Part shown: piece after piece, positions 35,164 to 46,401 of the stretch
Layout of the letters: each line of letters starts with the position of its first letter
How positions within the stretch are numbered: position 1 is the first letter of the stretch
Source of the DNA: Abditibacterium sp.
Lineage (GTDB): Bacteria; Armatimonadota; Abditibacteriia; Abditibacteriales; Abditibacteriaceae
Direction: 5' to 3'
NCBI GenBank assembly: GCA_965199495.1
Contig: CBDASK010000003.1
Span: forward strand, 4,320,001-4,384,000
Length of the DNA stretch: 64,000 nt
Notes under the pieces: model-generated
Told to the model about the DNA's origin: nothing
What the model saw: the letters and a program-made list of their open reading frames with translations, nothing else
Databases searched by the model: none
Translations under genes and position numbers: made by a program

Positions 35164-36189
35164 ATGGTGCCTAAAAGTGCGAGTTCAACGAAAGCCAAGA
35201 GTATCAGGCGGGTCACTTTGCAAGACATCGCCGACCTTGCGGGCGTGCATAAAATGGTGGTTTCCAATGCGCTCAACGGCACCGGGCGCGTGGCACCAGC
35301 CACGCGCACGCGCATCCAACGCATCGCTCGCGAATTGCACTATATTCCCAACTTCGCGGCGCGCGCCCTGAGCAATGGAAGCACTCAAATCATCGCCGTT
35401 ATTAGCGGGCCAGTGGACGAACCTTATTACGGCACGATGGTTCATCTGCTGAAAAAACAGCTCGGCGAACAGGGCTTTCATTTGATGTTGATGGAAACGC
35501 CCGAAGAAGTTCAGGAGTTGGTCAGCGCAACGGGAAACCTCGCCGTTGATGGCGTGATTGCCATTGATATGCTGGGTTTAGTCAACGAATTTCGTTCTCA
35601 TCCGACGATTCCCCTCGTTTCGATTAGCACTTCCAGACAAGCCTTTGTGGACAACGTTTACGTGGATTTGAGCGCCAGCGTGCGACAAGCCATCGAGTTG
35701 ATGCTGGCGGCGGGCCGTCGCCGCATCGCGTATCTGGTCACGACCCACAGCATGGCCGACGAAACCGAAGTGCGGGCGGGCACCTATTTAAGCATGATGC
35801 GCCAAAGTGGGCGGGCCGAAGAGATTATTAACGTCCAGACCAACCAATTTTTCGCGCAGGAAGATCACTTCAGAATTTATATCAAAGAAAACGGCTGCCC
35901 CGATGCCCTGCTCTGCCAGAACGACGATACTGCGATGTGCGCCTTTGAAGTGTTGCGAGCATCGGGTTACCAAATTCCCCGCGACGTGCTTTTGCTGGGC
36001 TGCGATGGGCAACGACAGACGCAATATCTCACGCCGCCGCTTAGCACAATTGTGCAGCCAGTGGAAGAAATCTGCGCGACGGCGTGGCAGTTTTTGCACA
36101 ATCGCATCGCCAACCCCGGTTTGCCTCATCAGGAAGCGACCATCCAGGGAACTTTACTCGTCCGCGAATCTCTAAACGGTTCGCCCTAA
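35164..36189 (+). CDS. LacI-family regulator
   Basis: VTLQDIADLAGVHKMVVSNALN, YIPNFAARAL, CQNDDTA, PPLSTI. Confidence 0.93.
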   Translation: MVPKSASSTKAKSIRRVTLQDIADLAGVHKMVVSNALNGTGRVAPATRTRIQRIARELHYIPNFAARALSNGSTQIIAVISGPVDEPYYGTMVHLLKKQLGEQGFHLMLMETPEEVQELVSATGNLAVDGVIAIDMLGLVNEFRSHPTIPLVSISTSRQAFVDNVYVDLSASVRQAIELMLAAGRRRIAYLVTTHSMADETEVRAGTYLSMMRQSGRAEEIINVQTNQFFAQEDHFRIYIKENGCPDALLCQNDDTAMCAFEVLRASGYQIPRDVLLLGCDGQRQTQYLTPPLSTIVQPVEEICATAWQFLHNRIANPGLPHQEATIQGTLLVRESLNGSP

Positions 36190-36282
36190 AACGGTTTCGT
36201 CCGCGACGATTCGAGGCCGCGAAAATTTTTCGTTACCAACCGAATAAATGTTTGAAAAACGTCGAATCTGGGTATACATAAA

Positions 36283-36304
36283 AGCGCGCTACCGGTAGCG
36301 CGCT
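36283..36304. promoter_or_regulatory. perfect 22-bp palindrome, putative operator
   Basis: AGCGCGCTACCGGTAGCGCGCT, ~40 bp upstream of the GH3 start. Confidence 0.55.
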
Positions 36305-36342
36305 ACCGATGAAATCCGCTTTCGATATTTCGCGCCAATGCT

Positions 36343-39327
36343 ATGAAACAAAAATTTCTTTTTAGTCTCGCTCCAACTCTGAATTTCAAGCGCACTTCCG
36401 CGCTCATCGTGCCCTTGACCGTCGCGTTCGCGGGCTGTGCCCACGCGCAAACCTACAAAGACGCCAAGGCGCCGCTTGAAACGCGCGTTGCCGATTTGAT
36501 GAGCCGATTAACCGACGATGAGAAAATCTCGCTGTTATCGGGCACCGATTTCACCACCAAACCGATTCCGCGCTTGGGCGTGCCCGCGATGGCGATGGCC
36601 GATGCCGGTCAGGGCGTGCGCGGCGGCTCGGATTCGACGCTCGGCCCGGCGACGGCTTTTCCGTCGGGCGTGGCGATGGCTTCGACTTGGAACACGAATT
36701 TGATCGGCAAAGTCGGCGCGCAGATCGGCATCGAAGCGCAAAACAAAGGCACCGGTTTGCAACTGATACTCGGCCCCGCCGTCAACATTCAGCGCAGCCC
36801 ATTGGGCGGGCGCAACGGCGAGTATTTTTCGGAAGACCCACTTTTGGCGGGCAAAATGGCCGTCGGCTACATTCGCGGAATGCAGGGCACGGGCACGGTG
36901 GCTTGTATCAAGCACTTCATCTGCAACAACGAAGAGGACGACCGTTTCACCGTCAACGTTTTGGTCGGCGAGCGGGCACTACGCGAGATTTATATGCCAG
37001 CGTTCGAGATGGGCGTCAAAGACGGCCATGTCTGGACGGTGATGTCGTCGTATAATCATATCAACGGGCCGTTCGCTTCGGCGGATCGCTACATTTTGAC
37101 CGACGTTTTGAAGCGCGGCTGGGGTTTTGATGGCGCCGTGATGTCGGATTGGGGCGGCGTGCATAATGGGCCGCAAGCGGTGATGGCGGGCAACGATCTG
37201 GAAATGCCCGACCGAGGTTTCATGGCGCCCGCGAAAATCAAGGACGCTCTCCATCGTGGCACGGTTACGATGGAGCAGATCAACCAGAACGTGACGCGCA
37301 CCGTTCGCACGATTTTGCGTTCGGGCGTGATTGATGGCGCCAAAACGCCCAATCCGGCTTTGGTCAACTCGCCCGCGAGCAGCCACGTCGCCCTGCAAGC
37401 GGCGCAGGAAGGCATCGTTTTGCTCAAAAACGAGCGCGCGACGTTGCCACTCGATGCCAGCAAAATCCGTTCGATTGCCGTCTTTGGCCCCGCCGGACGC
37501 GCAATGCAAGTCGGCGCGGCGGGCAGTCCGGGCGTGACGCCGCTTCATTCGGTTGGGCCGCTTCAGGGCATTCAAGAGCGCGCGGGCGCGAACGTCAAAG
37601 TGAATTATGTCGCGGGCGACACGGCGGGCATTGCGTTTCCCGCGGGAACTTTGAAAACGCCCGACGGCGCCGCCGAAGGTTTCCACGCCGACTATTACAA
37701 TAACATCAATCTCGAAGGCGCGCCCGCTTCGACGCGCACCGACGCGCAAATTGACTTTGAAGTGCCGATTACCGGCATCGTGACCGACCGTTACAGCATT
37801 CGCTGGACGGGCACTTTCACGCCGCGCGTGAGCGGCCCAACGAAGATATTGTTTCGCGCCGACGACGGCTCGCGCCTGTTCGTGGACGACAAACAGGTGA
37901 TTGACCATTGGGTGAACAGCGCCGCCAACACGCAAACCGCGACGCTTGATTTGGTCGCGGGCCAGCCGGTGAAACTGCGCGCCGAATACTTTCAATCGGG
38001 CGGCGGCGCCGTCGCGCAGTTGCGCATTCAGGAGCCGAACACCGACCCGTTCGCCGAAGTGACCAATCTGGCCAAGGCGAGCGACGTGGCTGTTGTTGTT
38101 GTCACCACGCGCGGAACGGAAAGCGAAGGCCAAGATCGGCCTTCGATGAGTTTGCCCGACGGACAAAACGAACTCATCGCGCGCGTCGCGGCGGCCAATC
38201 CGCGCACGGTCGTGGTTTTGAACAACGGCACGCCGGTCACGATGCCGTGGCTTTCATCGGTTCCGGCGCTGGTTGAGACGTGGTTTCCCGGACAGGAAGG
38301 CGGCACGGCGCTGGCGCAGATTCTGTTTGGCGATGTCAATCCGTCGGGCCATTTGCCCACGACTTTGGGCGCGCGCCGCGAAGATTACCCCGACTATCCC
38401 AACTTCAACGGCGACGGTCGCACCGTGCGCTACGACGAAGGCATTTTCGTCGGTTATCGCGGCTTCGATAAGAAGAAAATCGCGCCGCTCTTTCCGTTCG
38501 GCTATGGTTTGAGCTACACCAATTTTCGCATTGATAACCTGAAATTGTCGGCGCCGACATTGGTCGCCAACGGAACGATTACAGCGAACGTGCGCGTGAC
38601 TAATACGGGCCGCAAAGCGGGTGCGCAGGTCGTGCAACTTTACGTGCGCGATCCGAACCCGAAAGTCGAAAAAGCCGTGCGCGAGTTGAAGGGCTTTACA
38701 AAAGTCTTCTTGCAGCCGGGCCAGAGCCAGACCGTTTCGCTGCCGCTTTCGCCGCGCGATTTCGCGTGGTGCGACACGACCGCTAAAGGTTGGCGCGCCG
38801 ACGCTGGGCGCTACCAAATCGAAGTCGGCGATTCGTCGCGCAATTTGACAGCGCACGCGGCTTTGCAAGTCCAATCGTGGTTTCAGCCGATTCCATTTAT
38901 GCGCGCGCAAACCGACATCGCGCCCGTCGAAACCGCGCCCGATTTGGCCTTGAATAAACGCGCGTTCGCGTCGTCGGTCAACGGCGAACACGCGGCGGCA
39001 CGAGCGTTCGACAACGATGTTAAAACGCGCTGGCAAGCGCAAGGCCGCGACGGCGAATGGCTCGCCATCGATCTGGGCGCGCCGCAGAAAATTGGGCGCG
39101 TTCACCTAAATTGGGAAGCGGCCAACGCCGATGCGTATCGCATTGAAGTGTCGGACGATGGCGAAAATTGGCGCCCAGTTTATTCGACCGACAAGAGCCA
39201 AGGCGGCGAAGAAGACGTGACCTTTACACCAGCCACGGCGCGTTACGTGCGAATGTTCGGCGTGAAGCGCGCGACCGATTTCGGCTTTTCGCTTTACGAT
39301 TTCGAGGTGCGCGCGCCGTTGGGTTAA
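36343..39327 (+). CDS. secreted GH3 beta-glucosidase with PA14, Fn3-like and CBM32 domains
   Basis: GRNGEYFSEDP, CIKHFICN, MSDW, PA14 insert (RADDGSRLFVD), PFGYGLSYT, F5/8 domain (WLAIDLG..ARYVR). Confidence 0.94.
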   Translation: MKQKFLFSLAPTLNFKRTSALIVPLTVAFAGCAHAQTYKDAKAPLETRVADLMSRLTDDEKISLLSGTDFTTKPIPRLGVPAMAMADAGQGVRGGSDSTLGPATAFPSGVAMASTWNTNLIGKVGAQIGIEAQNKGTGLQLILGPAVNIQRSPLGGRNGEYFSEDPLLAGKMAVGYIRGMQGTGTVACIKHFICNNEEDDRFTVNVLVGERALREIYMPAFEMGVKDGHVWTVMSSYNHINGPFASADRYILTDVLKRGWGFDGAVMSDWGGVHNGPQAVMAGNDLEMPDRGFMAPAKIKDALHRGTVTMEQINQNVTRTVRTILRSGVIDGAKTPNPALVNSPASSHVALQAAQEGIVLLKNERATLPLDASKIRSIAVFGPAGRAMQVGAAGSPGVTPLHSVGPLQGIQERAGANVKVNYVAGDTAGIAFPAGTLKTPDGAAEGFHADYYNNINLEGAPASTRTDAQIDFEVPITGIVTDRYSIRWTGTFTPRVSGPTKILFRADDGSRLFVDDKQVIDHWVNSAANTQTATLDLVAGQPVKLRAEYFQSGGGAVAQLRIQEPNTDPFAEVTNLAKASDVAVVVVTTRGTESEGQDRPSMSLPDGQNELIARVAAANPRTVVVLNNGTPVTMPWLSSVPALVETWFPGQEGGTALAQILFGDVNPSGHLPTTLGARREDYPDYPNFNGDGRTVRYDEGIFVGYRGFDKKKIAPLFPFGYGLSYTNFRIDNLKLSAPTLVANGTITANVRVTNTGRKAGAQVVQLYVRDPNPKVEKAVRELKGFTKVFLQPGQSQTVSLPLSPRDFAWCDTTAKGWRADAGRYQIEVGDSSRNLTAHAALQVQSWFQPIPFMRAQTDIAPVETAPDLALNKRAFASSVNGEHAAARAFDNDVKTRWQAQGRDGEWLAIDLGAPQKIGRVHLNWEAANADAYRIEVSDDGENWRPVYSTDKSQGGEEDVTFTPATARYVRMFGVKRATDFGFSLYDFEVRAPLG

Positions 39328-39404
39328 ATGACTTGTCCACGTTTTAGAGTGGAATTCGCCGTTCAATAGCGTAATAGAGTGTAATATTTTCAAATGTCAA
39401 AAAC

Positions 39405-40352
39405 ATGAAAAAAATCAAACTTTTTCCGAAATCGAAATTCGCGGTTCAGGCCGGATTACTCGCGTTTTTCCTCGGCGCGGGTTGCGCCGCACCGCAACCC
39501 GCGTCCGCCATCGAAGCTGGCGATGCCGACCTGATGTTCAACGGGTTCAACCAAGCGTTTCTGGTCAATTCGAGCTTCTACGCCAATTCGATCAAGGACA
39601 AAAAGCCGATTGACACATGGCGTTCTTCGCTGACCATTATGATCGCCGAAGACGCCTACGAGCGCACCGGCAATGCCAAAGATAAAGCTCTGGTAGGCGA
39701 ACTCTGCTCGTCGTGGCTCCAGTGGAGCGAAGACGGATGGCCACGCGCGCCGTTGGGTGCGCGCCGCAGTGAGCCGATGCCCGCGCCGATGGGCGTGCAG
39801 CAAAAGCCGATGATTCCGCTCTCCGACGATTTCCGCGCGGCCCAACTCCGCCCAACGTGGCAAGCGTGGAACGAACGCGACATGAATCGCTTTCAAGTCG
39901 GCAACGGCACCTTGACGATGCGCGCCAAAGGCGAAACGCTGGCGGAAAGTTCGCCGCTCGCGATTATGGCGCGCGACCCCAGTTATCAGGTGCAAGTCAC
40001 GGCAACGCCGCCAGCAGAGGGCGCGGTGGCGCTGGGTCTGTTTTACAACGTGAACAACGGGTTATGGCTCGAAGTCAAAGGCGGCGAACTGCGCGTTTAC
40101 GACGCCAAACAGAGTTTGAATACTCGCCCGTGGAAAGCGGGACGCACGCATCTGAAAATAGTCAACCGCCGCAATCAAGTCGATTTTTTGGCGAGTGCCA
40201 ACGGATGGGACTGGATTTCTCTGGTCACCAACCATGATGTCTCCGACTATATGCACAACAAACGCGGCGGCTTTCAGGCATTGCGCCCGGCACTTGCAGC
40301 CACGGGCACCGGCAACGCACAGTTCAGCGATTTCGTTTATAGCGGACGCTGA
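39405..40352 (+). CDS. chimeric ORF: GH76-like N-terminus fused to a GH43 C-terminal beta-sandwich; probably a relic
   Basis: Signal peptide and FNQAFL..MIAEDAYERTG, then an abrupt WSEDGWP..LSDDF..GFQALRPAL; neither catalytic domain is complete. Confidence 0.6.
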   Translation: MKKIKLFPKSKFAVQAGLLAFFLGAGCAAPQPASAIEAGDADLMFNGFNQAFLVNSSFYANSIKDKKPIDTWRSSLTIMIAEDAYERTGNAKDKALVGELCSSWLQWSEDGWPRAPLGARRSEPMPAPMGVQQKPMIPLSDDFRAAQLRPTWQAWNERDMNRFQVGNGTLTMRAKGETLAESSPLAIMARDPSYQVQVTATPPAEGAVALGLFYNVNNGLWLEVKGGELRVYDAKQSLNTRPWKAGRTHLKIVNRRNQVDFLASANGWDWISLVTNHDVSDYMHNKRGGFQALRPALAATGTGNAQFSDFVYSGR

Positions 40353-40496
40353 GAATGGGACGAGGTTTTAGTTCGGCTAACTCGCGTGAAATTACCGTCG
40401 CGAAATTGGCCTAACGAACAATTCAAGCGTCTGAAGCGAACGGATTCGCTCCAGACGCTTGAAAAACTTACGACTTAGGTGTCAAGGGCTATAAAC

Positions 40497-40536
40497 AAAA
40501 GCGGGCGAAGAATAGAAATATCCTTCGCCCGCTTTT
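40497..40536. terminator. bidirectional terminator
   Basis: AAAAGCGGGCGAAG...CTTCGCCCGCTTTT between convergent genes. Confidence 0.8.
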
Positions 40537-40546
40537 CACAAATCAA

Positions 40547-43500
40547 TTATCGTCCAGCAGTTTCCATAACTTTCACCGGGCCGAGCAGGCCCGATGGCAA
40601 CAACGGATCGTTCGCGTTGAACGGATTCCACGTCGTCGAAGTGAACTGCTTGTCGGCGGGCAAACTCTTGTCGCCAATCAGACGGTTAGGCCACAGGTTG
40701 GCGACGGTAATCTCCAACTTGTTGTCGCCCGCTTTCAGCGCGCTCGAAATATCGACGTTCCACGGCGCGCACCAGACGGTGCCCATGTCGCGCCCGTTGA
40801 GTTTGACATTCGCCATGTTATCAACCACGCCCAAATCGAGGTAAACCGGCGAACCGGCGGTCACTTTGGGCGCCACAAAAGTCTTGCTGTAAACGGCCTT
40901 GCCCGAATAATAACGGATGCCATCTTCGGAGTTTTTGCTCCAATCAGAGAGCGTCGGAATAGTCGTCTGCGCCGGGCCACCGAACTTCGGATTGAAGGCG
41001 ACCTGCCACGGGCCGGTCACTTCCATCGCCGAACGCAGGGTCGGGAAGTTGGTCGCCAGGCGCGCTTGCGGCGCGGCTTTGGGAATCGCGCTTTTGGCGC
41101 TACGGAACACGACGAACCACGATTGGAACGGCTCAAAGCGGAGCGGCACCGAGATTTGTCCGTTCTTGGCGGTGAACTGCGGCAACGCGCGGCGCTGGCC
41201 GGTCAAAGGATTCCATAGTTCGGGTGCGGCGCCCGTCACGCGGAACGTGCAGGTGGCGTTGACCATTTTGTCCTCGCTGTTGGCGACGAAGTAATAATCG
41301 GCGTCGGCGCTGCGGCGATGAATGTTGCGAATTGGGCCGTTGCTCTCGAAGTCCATCGGGACTCCCCTATTTTTCAGCGCGCGCGTGACAACGCCGAAAT
41401 CGCCGTATTGCGGCGTGGGAACCGTCGCGCTCAAGTTCCACGGGCCAATCGTCAGCGCGCCGAGTTCTTGGGCGGGCGCCGTGGCTGCTGTTGGCGCATC
41501 GGTCTGCGCGCTCTGCCACTGGCTATCGGTCGGAACGTTCACCACATGGCCATCATTGTATTGCAGCCGGATCATGGCGATAAGACCCGCCGGGCTGGGC
41601 GAATCGGTCGCGTTGTTGGCGGTGACGGCGAACTCGTTCACCCCGTTTTTAAGGTTCTTGAGGATGTCGAACGAATAGACCTTCTGCCATTGGTCGCCCT
41701 GCCCGGCGCGCACGCCGTTGATGCTCAAATCGAAGCTGTTGTCGGCGGTTATGGCGATGCGGGCCGATTTGAGATTGGCGAGTTTATCAACCGCAACGGT
41801 GCGATGAAAATAACGATTGCCAGCAGGTGCGCTCGATGCGGGCGAGCCTCCGGGATACCAAATCCACTTGGCGCCCGACAACGGCGAGGCCGTGGCTTCG
41901 GCCAAATTCAAGTTGGTATCGCGTTGCCAGATGACGCGGCCTTTGCCAAAGCGATGCTCGGTGACTTTGACGCCATCGGCATTGCCCCACAGCGCGGCGC
42001 CCAAACGCTGAATTTCGGCGTCGCTCTGCGGAAAGCCTGTCAGACCGGGCGCCTTGAGCGGGCGCGGGCCGATAACCGTCGCGCCATCGCGAGCTAACTG
42101 CGAAATTTTGCGCAGCAACGGTACCGTCATGGTATCGCGTTCGGGCAAAACCAAGACGCGATAACTGGTGCCATCGGGCAAAACCAGTTGGCCGTTTTTC
42201 ACCGTCATGTTGGCGATCACGTTTTCGCCCTCGATGGCGTCGAAGCTGTAACCCAAACGGTCATTGCGGTCGCCGCTCGTCGCCGAGTCGGGCGCCAGAA
42301 AGGTTTGCGGCGCGCCTTCGGCGACCAGAAAAGCCACGTCTGAAACCGACAGCCCCTGGCGCAAAAGATATTGCGAGCGCGACAGATACTGGGTGTACGC
42401 GGGCACCAAATCCCACCAAGTCTGGGTGCGCTCGAAGTGAATGCCGAACGGCCCCATCGTCATGCCGGGGAATTTATCCAAATCGGGCTGGTGCTGGTAG
42501 CGATGGAAAACAAAGCGGTTGACGCCCTGCGTAAACGCCCAGTCGCCTAACTCTTTCATGTTGCCGGGATAGGCCTTCCAACGCTCGTCGCCGCCCGAAG
42601 TAAAGGACTCGGCGCCGACGATTTTCTTGCCATTGGTATGCGCAATCGAGGATGCTTCGGGCAAGCTAAAAGTCGTCTGCTGGGGCGGATCGTAACCCCA
42701 GAATTCGCCCATCGGAACATCGGCGGGCGCGCCCAGACTGATGTCGGAAGCCATGACTTTGTCGTAGGGTTCAATCGTCAAACCAAAGCCGTGCTGCGCC
42801 GCGATTGTTTTGAAGTGCGCGACGTGATCTTGCACGACCAATTCGTTACAGGTCTGGCGCCAATCCCACAGAAACCGCTCGGATTGTTCCGGGCTGTTCA
42901 CGATCAGTCCGCTCAGGGCCGGAAAGTAGGGCAGCGGATCGTAGCCACGGCGGGTCTTGAATTCGGAGATGAACGCGGGCGTCCAGTTTTGCGTGCCGAC
43001 TTCCCAACTGTCGATGTGCAAATTATTCCAGCCCCGGTCGGGCGCGACAACGCGCGGCCCGACGGTTTTCAGAAGCGGCCCGATGAAATCGTTAAAGTGC
43101 GCGTCCAGTCCGGCTTTGGAGAATTTGTCGCTTTCCATGCCCACGCCCGACTCAGGCGCTGGCAAAGTCGAGGCGCCGTTGTTGGTCGCGCCAAAACGCA
43201 AAATCGTCCACTGGCCGGACGGCACTTGCCAATTCAAGTGCCCGTCGGCGCCCATTTTATCGGTCAAATCAATGATCTTGCTCCCATTCACCACTTCGCT
43301 CGCGGGCAACGTCGGATAGGCCGAATGCGAAGGCAAATCGGCACTGGCGCCGCCCGAAACGAACGAACTGCGGTTGATGAACGCCTTCTGGTCAATGGCG
43401 GCGGTGCGCTCGTCACCGCTCGGCTTGGGAAAAGCGAGGACGCGCACGTCTTTGTAATAATCGGTGAGATTGGAGTGATTCGCCGGACGCGGCACTTCGC

Positions 43501-44029
43501 CACTGAAATTCTGCGGCCCCGTCACGTCCAAAGCGGCGCTGGTCAGCAATTGCATTGACAGCGCGGGTTTGACCCACGGCCCACCACTGCCCGTCCAACC
43601 CGGCCCGCCGTTGAGATCGAGCGCAATGCCCAACCGCTCGGATTCGCGCACCGCGTGCGCCCACAAACCCTGCCATTCGGGACTCATGAATTTGACCGGG
43701 CCGCGCGGAATGCCGACGTTAACTTCCATGAAAATCAGCCCGCCGATGCCCGCGCGTTTCATCGCTTCGAGATCGGCGGTGATGCCCTGACGGGTGAAGT
43801 TGCCATCCATCACGAACCAGTAAACCCAGGGCCGCGCCGTCGCTGGCGGCGTGGCGAAATCGCGCTCGACGTTGGCTTTAATCGGCACCAAAGCGGGCCG
43901 CGCGAGCGTAGTTGCGGGCGCGGGTGCGACGCGAGGTTGAGCATAGGCGCAACCGGAAAAACCGATGGCGCCTGCGAGTGCGCTGGCCCACAAAAAAGTC
44001 GTCGCGGAGCGCGAGATTTGATATATCAT
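40547..44029 (-). CDS. secreted GH106 alpha-L-rhamnosidase-like hydrolase
   Basis: ARPWVYWF, ITADLEAMKRAGIGG, GWTGSGGPWV, HIDSWE, PMGEFW, VGAESFT, PSGLLGPV. Confidence 0.9.
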   Translation of the reverse strand: MIYQISRSATTFLWASALAGAIGFSGCAYAQPRVAPAPATTLARPALVPIKANVERDFATPPATARPWVYWFVMDGNFTRQGITADLEAMKRAGIGGLIFMEVNVGIPRGPVKFMSPEWQGLWAHAVRESERLGIALDLNGGPGWTGSGGPWVKPALSMQLLTSAALDVTGPQNFSGEVPRPANHSNLTDYYKDVRVLAFPKPSGDERTAAIDQKAFINRSSFVSGGASADLPSHSAYPTLPASEVVNGSKIIDLTDKMGADGHLNWQVPSGQWTILRFGATNNGASTLPAPESGVGMESDKFSKAGLDAHFNDFIGPLLKTVGPRVVAPDRGWNNLHIDSWEVGTQNWTPAFISEFKTRRGYDPLPYFPALSGLIVNSPEQSERFLWDWRQTCNELVVQDHVAHFKTIAAQHGFGLTIEPYDKVMASDISLGAPADVPMGEFWGYDPPQQTTFSLPEASSIAHTNGKKIVGAESFTSGGDERWKAYPGNMKELGDWAFTQGVNRFVFHRYQHQPDLDKFPGMTMGPFGIHFERTQTWWDLVPAYTQYLSRSQYLLRQGLSVSDVAFLVAEGAPQTFLAPDSATSGDRNDRLGYSFDAIEGENVIANMTVKNGQLVLPDGTSYRVLVLPERDTMTVPLLRKISQLARDGATVIGPRPLKAPGLTGFPQSDAEIQRLGAALWGNADGVKVTEHRFGKGRVIWQRDTNLNLAEATASPLSGAKWIWYPGGSPASSAPAGNRYFHRTVAVDKLANLKSARIAITADNSFDLSINGVRAGQGDQWQKVYSFDILKNLKNGVNEFAVTANNATDSPSPAGLIAMIRLQYNDGHVVNVPTDSQWQSAQTDAPTAATAPAQELGALTIGPWNLSATVPTPQYGDFGVVTRALKNRGVPMDFESNGPIRNIHRRSADADYYFVANSEDKMVNATCTFRVTGAAPELWNPLTGQRRALPQFTAKNGQISVPLRFEPFQSWFVVFRSAKSAIPKAAPQARLATNFPTLRSAMEVTGPWQVAFNPKFGGPAQTTIPTLSDWSKNSEDGIRYYSGKAVYSKTFVAPKVTAGSPVYLDLGVVDNMANVKLNGRDMGTVWCAPWNVDISSALKAGDNKLEITVANLWPNRLIGDKSLPADKQFTSTTWNPFNANDPLLPSGLLGPVKVMETAGR

Positions 44030-44074
44030 GATAGATTTTTATTTTTGCAACAGAAACGCAGTTGCCGTTTATTT

Positions 44075-44161
44075 GTAGGGACATGGCGTACTCTGCCCGA
44101 AACGTCATAACGTTATGAACATGACGCGCGTGCTACTCTGGACAGGGCACCATATCCCTAC
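44075..44161. repeat. GTAG-type REP-like doublet carrying the palindrome TCATAACGTTATGA (44105..44118)
   Basis: GTAGGGACATGG ... CCATATCCCTAC termini. Confidence 0.6.
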
Positions 44162-44262
44162 GTTTCACAATTACAGCGACAGCGCAGGCGGCGTGGCTCA
44201 TGTTGCAGCCACGCCGCGCGCTCCGAATTTTGCTCCGAAACAATCGAAGCAAAACTCCTAAA

Positions 44263-45093
44263 TTAAACGGTGGCGTCCTGTGATTTCGACCAAACCACGG
44301 GAAAATGAGCGCCGCGCGCGGTTTCGCCGTCCGCCGATTCGATGAACTGACCCATCGGGTGCTTATCGCGTTTATCGGCATCGAAGACAGCGCGTTCGGT
44401 CATGAAATGCAGCGCGACGGCGCGGCGCGGGCGCCCCGAAGTGTTGGCGGGCGAGCCGTGCCAAGTGAGTGGATGATGAAAGTGAACGCGCCCGCGCTCG
44501 ACCGGACAGGTCGCGATTTGAATCGGCTCGCCCTCGAACTCTGCGGGCATTTCGTCGAATTTCTTCAAGGTGTGCAGCCAATCGATTTGGTCGCCGAAAC
44601 GCTGTGAGCCGGGCACCATGCTCATGCAACCGTTCTCTTCGTCGGCGTCATCGAGCGCGACCCACGCGGTGAGTTGCACGTCTTTGGGCTGCAAAACCGG
44701 CCAATACGGGGAATCTTGATGCCACATATTCACGCCGCCTTTCTGCGCGGGCTTGTATTGAATTTGGTCATGGAAAAGCCGGATTTCGTGCGCGTCCATT
44801 GCGGCGCCCATTAATTGCCCGATTTCTTCGGCCAAAATCGGGTTGTGAATTAACGCTTCAAAAGCGGGCGAACCTTCCCAGATATTAACGATTTGCCAGA
44901 CCGGAGCGTTCTCGTCGCCCGACAAATTGCAAACCTGAACCGGCTGTTTCTCGGCTTCGACGCCATTTTGAAAATCGGCGATGACGCGCAAAACTTCGTC
45001 GCACAAGACATCGGCCTGGGCGTTATCAATGATTTGCGAGCCTTTGACGAAACCGTCGCGCGCAAAAGATTCGAGTTGAGTTGAGTTGAGCAT
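44263..45093 (-). CDS. PhyH-family 2OG-Fe(II) dioxygenase
   Basis: FARDGFV, WHQDSPYW (HxD), WVALDDADEENGCM, HGSPAN..RR. Confidence 0.9.
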   Translation of the reverse strand: MLNSTQLESFARDGFVKGSQIIDNAQADVLCDEVLRVIADFQNGVEAEKQPVQVCNLSGDENAPVWQIVNIWEGSPAFEALIHNPILAEEIGQLMGAAMDAHEIRLFHDQIQYKPAQKGGVNMWHQDSPYWPVLQPKDVQLTAWVALDDADEENGCMSMVPGSQRFGDQIDWLHTLKKFDEMPAEFEGEPIQIATCPVERGRVHFHHPLTWHGSPANTSGRPRRAVALHFMTERAVFDADKRDKHPMGQFIESADGETARGAHFPVVWSKSQDATV

Positions 45094-45364
45094 AATTTTT
45101 TAGTGAAAACCGGGTTTCAGTAAAACATCTCTATGCAAAAGAAAATTGACTGCGCGGCGCCACGATTTGACGTTTTCTGCGCTTCACTGGGTGTACTGGA
45201 AAGTGTCACTCTAAAAAAGGACTTCTCTCAAAGATCGTCAATGAGAATGAGACAACGAAATCGCCCCACTTTAGATAGAGCGATTTTAAGTTGGTCAAAG
45301 TTTTATTTTTAGGGTTGGTCGTTGAAAGGGTGTGCCCGTCGCAAAACGGTGTGCGATCCGCAAA

Positions 45365-46138
45365 TTACGGAACGGGATTGAAAGTCGGACTGTTACCCGA
45401 AAGCGGGGCGGCGCCCGGTGTCGGACAGTTGCCACCGGGGTATACAGCACCGCCGACGACTGACGGCGTGCAGGCGTTATAAACGGTCGCGCTTTGGTTG
45501 AGCGTTTGGCCCTTATAAGCCTTGACGTGACCATCGGTAAACAGAAAGTTCTGGGTTTCCAGATGGCGCTGCGCGGCACCATCCGTAGTTGTCTCCAAGT
45601 TGGCAGCACCGTTAACCGTTCCAACGGGAGCGATGCCCACGGAATAGTTACCGCTCGTGCCGTTTGCATAGTCCGCAGCCATAACGGTCAACACGGGTTG
45701 AGTTAAAGCGGCCAGCGACAAACCACGCATATCTTGTTGTTGCGAATACCCCAGCGTGAGATTATAGGTGTAGTCGGAGTAACCTACCGCATTTGGATTG
45801 AGGGTTCCGCCTGGCCCGCTGGTGTTTGGCCCGTTGGTCTCGCTGGGGCACTGAAGAATTTGCGTGCTTTTCACGTAGGGTTGCATGAGAGAAAAAACAC
45901 CATCGTTGTCATTTCCCGAATTACCGCCGCGCAAAATCGGATATTTTTCGTCGTAATCCTGGACGTATTGCAGCAAGCCCAGGCCAATCTGCTTGAGATT
46001 GCTGGAACACGACGAACGACGCGCGTTTTCCCTCGCGCGGGCGAAGACGGGAAACAGAATGGCGGCTAAGATCGCGATGATGGCGATGACTACCAAAAGT
46101 TCGATCAAAGTAAATGCGGAGCGAAATGAATTTTTCAT
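45365..46138 (-). CDS. prepilin-type N-methylation / DUF1559 (H-X9-DG) protein
   Basis: [53 protein letters not shown]. Confidence 0.93.
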   Translation of the reverse strand: MKNSFRSAFTLIELLVVIAIIAILAAILFPVFARARENARRSSCSSNLKQIGLGLLQYVQDYDEKYPILRGGNSGNDNDGVFSLMQPYVKSTQILQCPSETNGPNTSGPGGTLNPNAVGYSDYTYNLTLGYSQQQDMRGLSLAALTQPVLTVMAADYANGTSGNYSVGIAPVGTVNGAANLETTTDGAAQRHLETQNFLFTDGHVKAYKGQTLNQSATVYNACTPSVVGGAVYPGGNCPTPGAAPLSGNSPTFNPVP

Positions 46139-46401
46139 GTTGATTGAAGTGGCAAAGCCACGAAAGTGCCTCGAAAATTGAGCGCTAAGAACAAGTCCGC
46201 ATCGGGCCAGAACACGGTGTTTGGATGCAGAGCCGACCAGTAAAAATTAAGTTGGCTGGGCATAGTTCTCCAATTAAACCGTTGTTTAGTAAAACTGCTC
46301 TGTGCCACAAAAATTTGACTGTGCCGCGCCATTATTTGATGTTTCCTGCGTTTCACCGAGCGCGACCGACTATTTTGCGTCAACCTTTTCTTCTAACAAC
46401 C

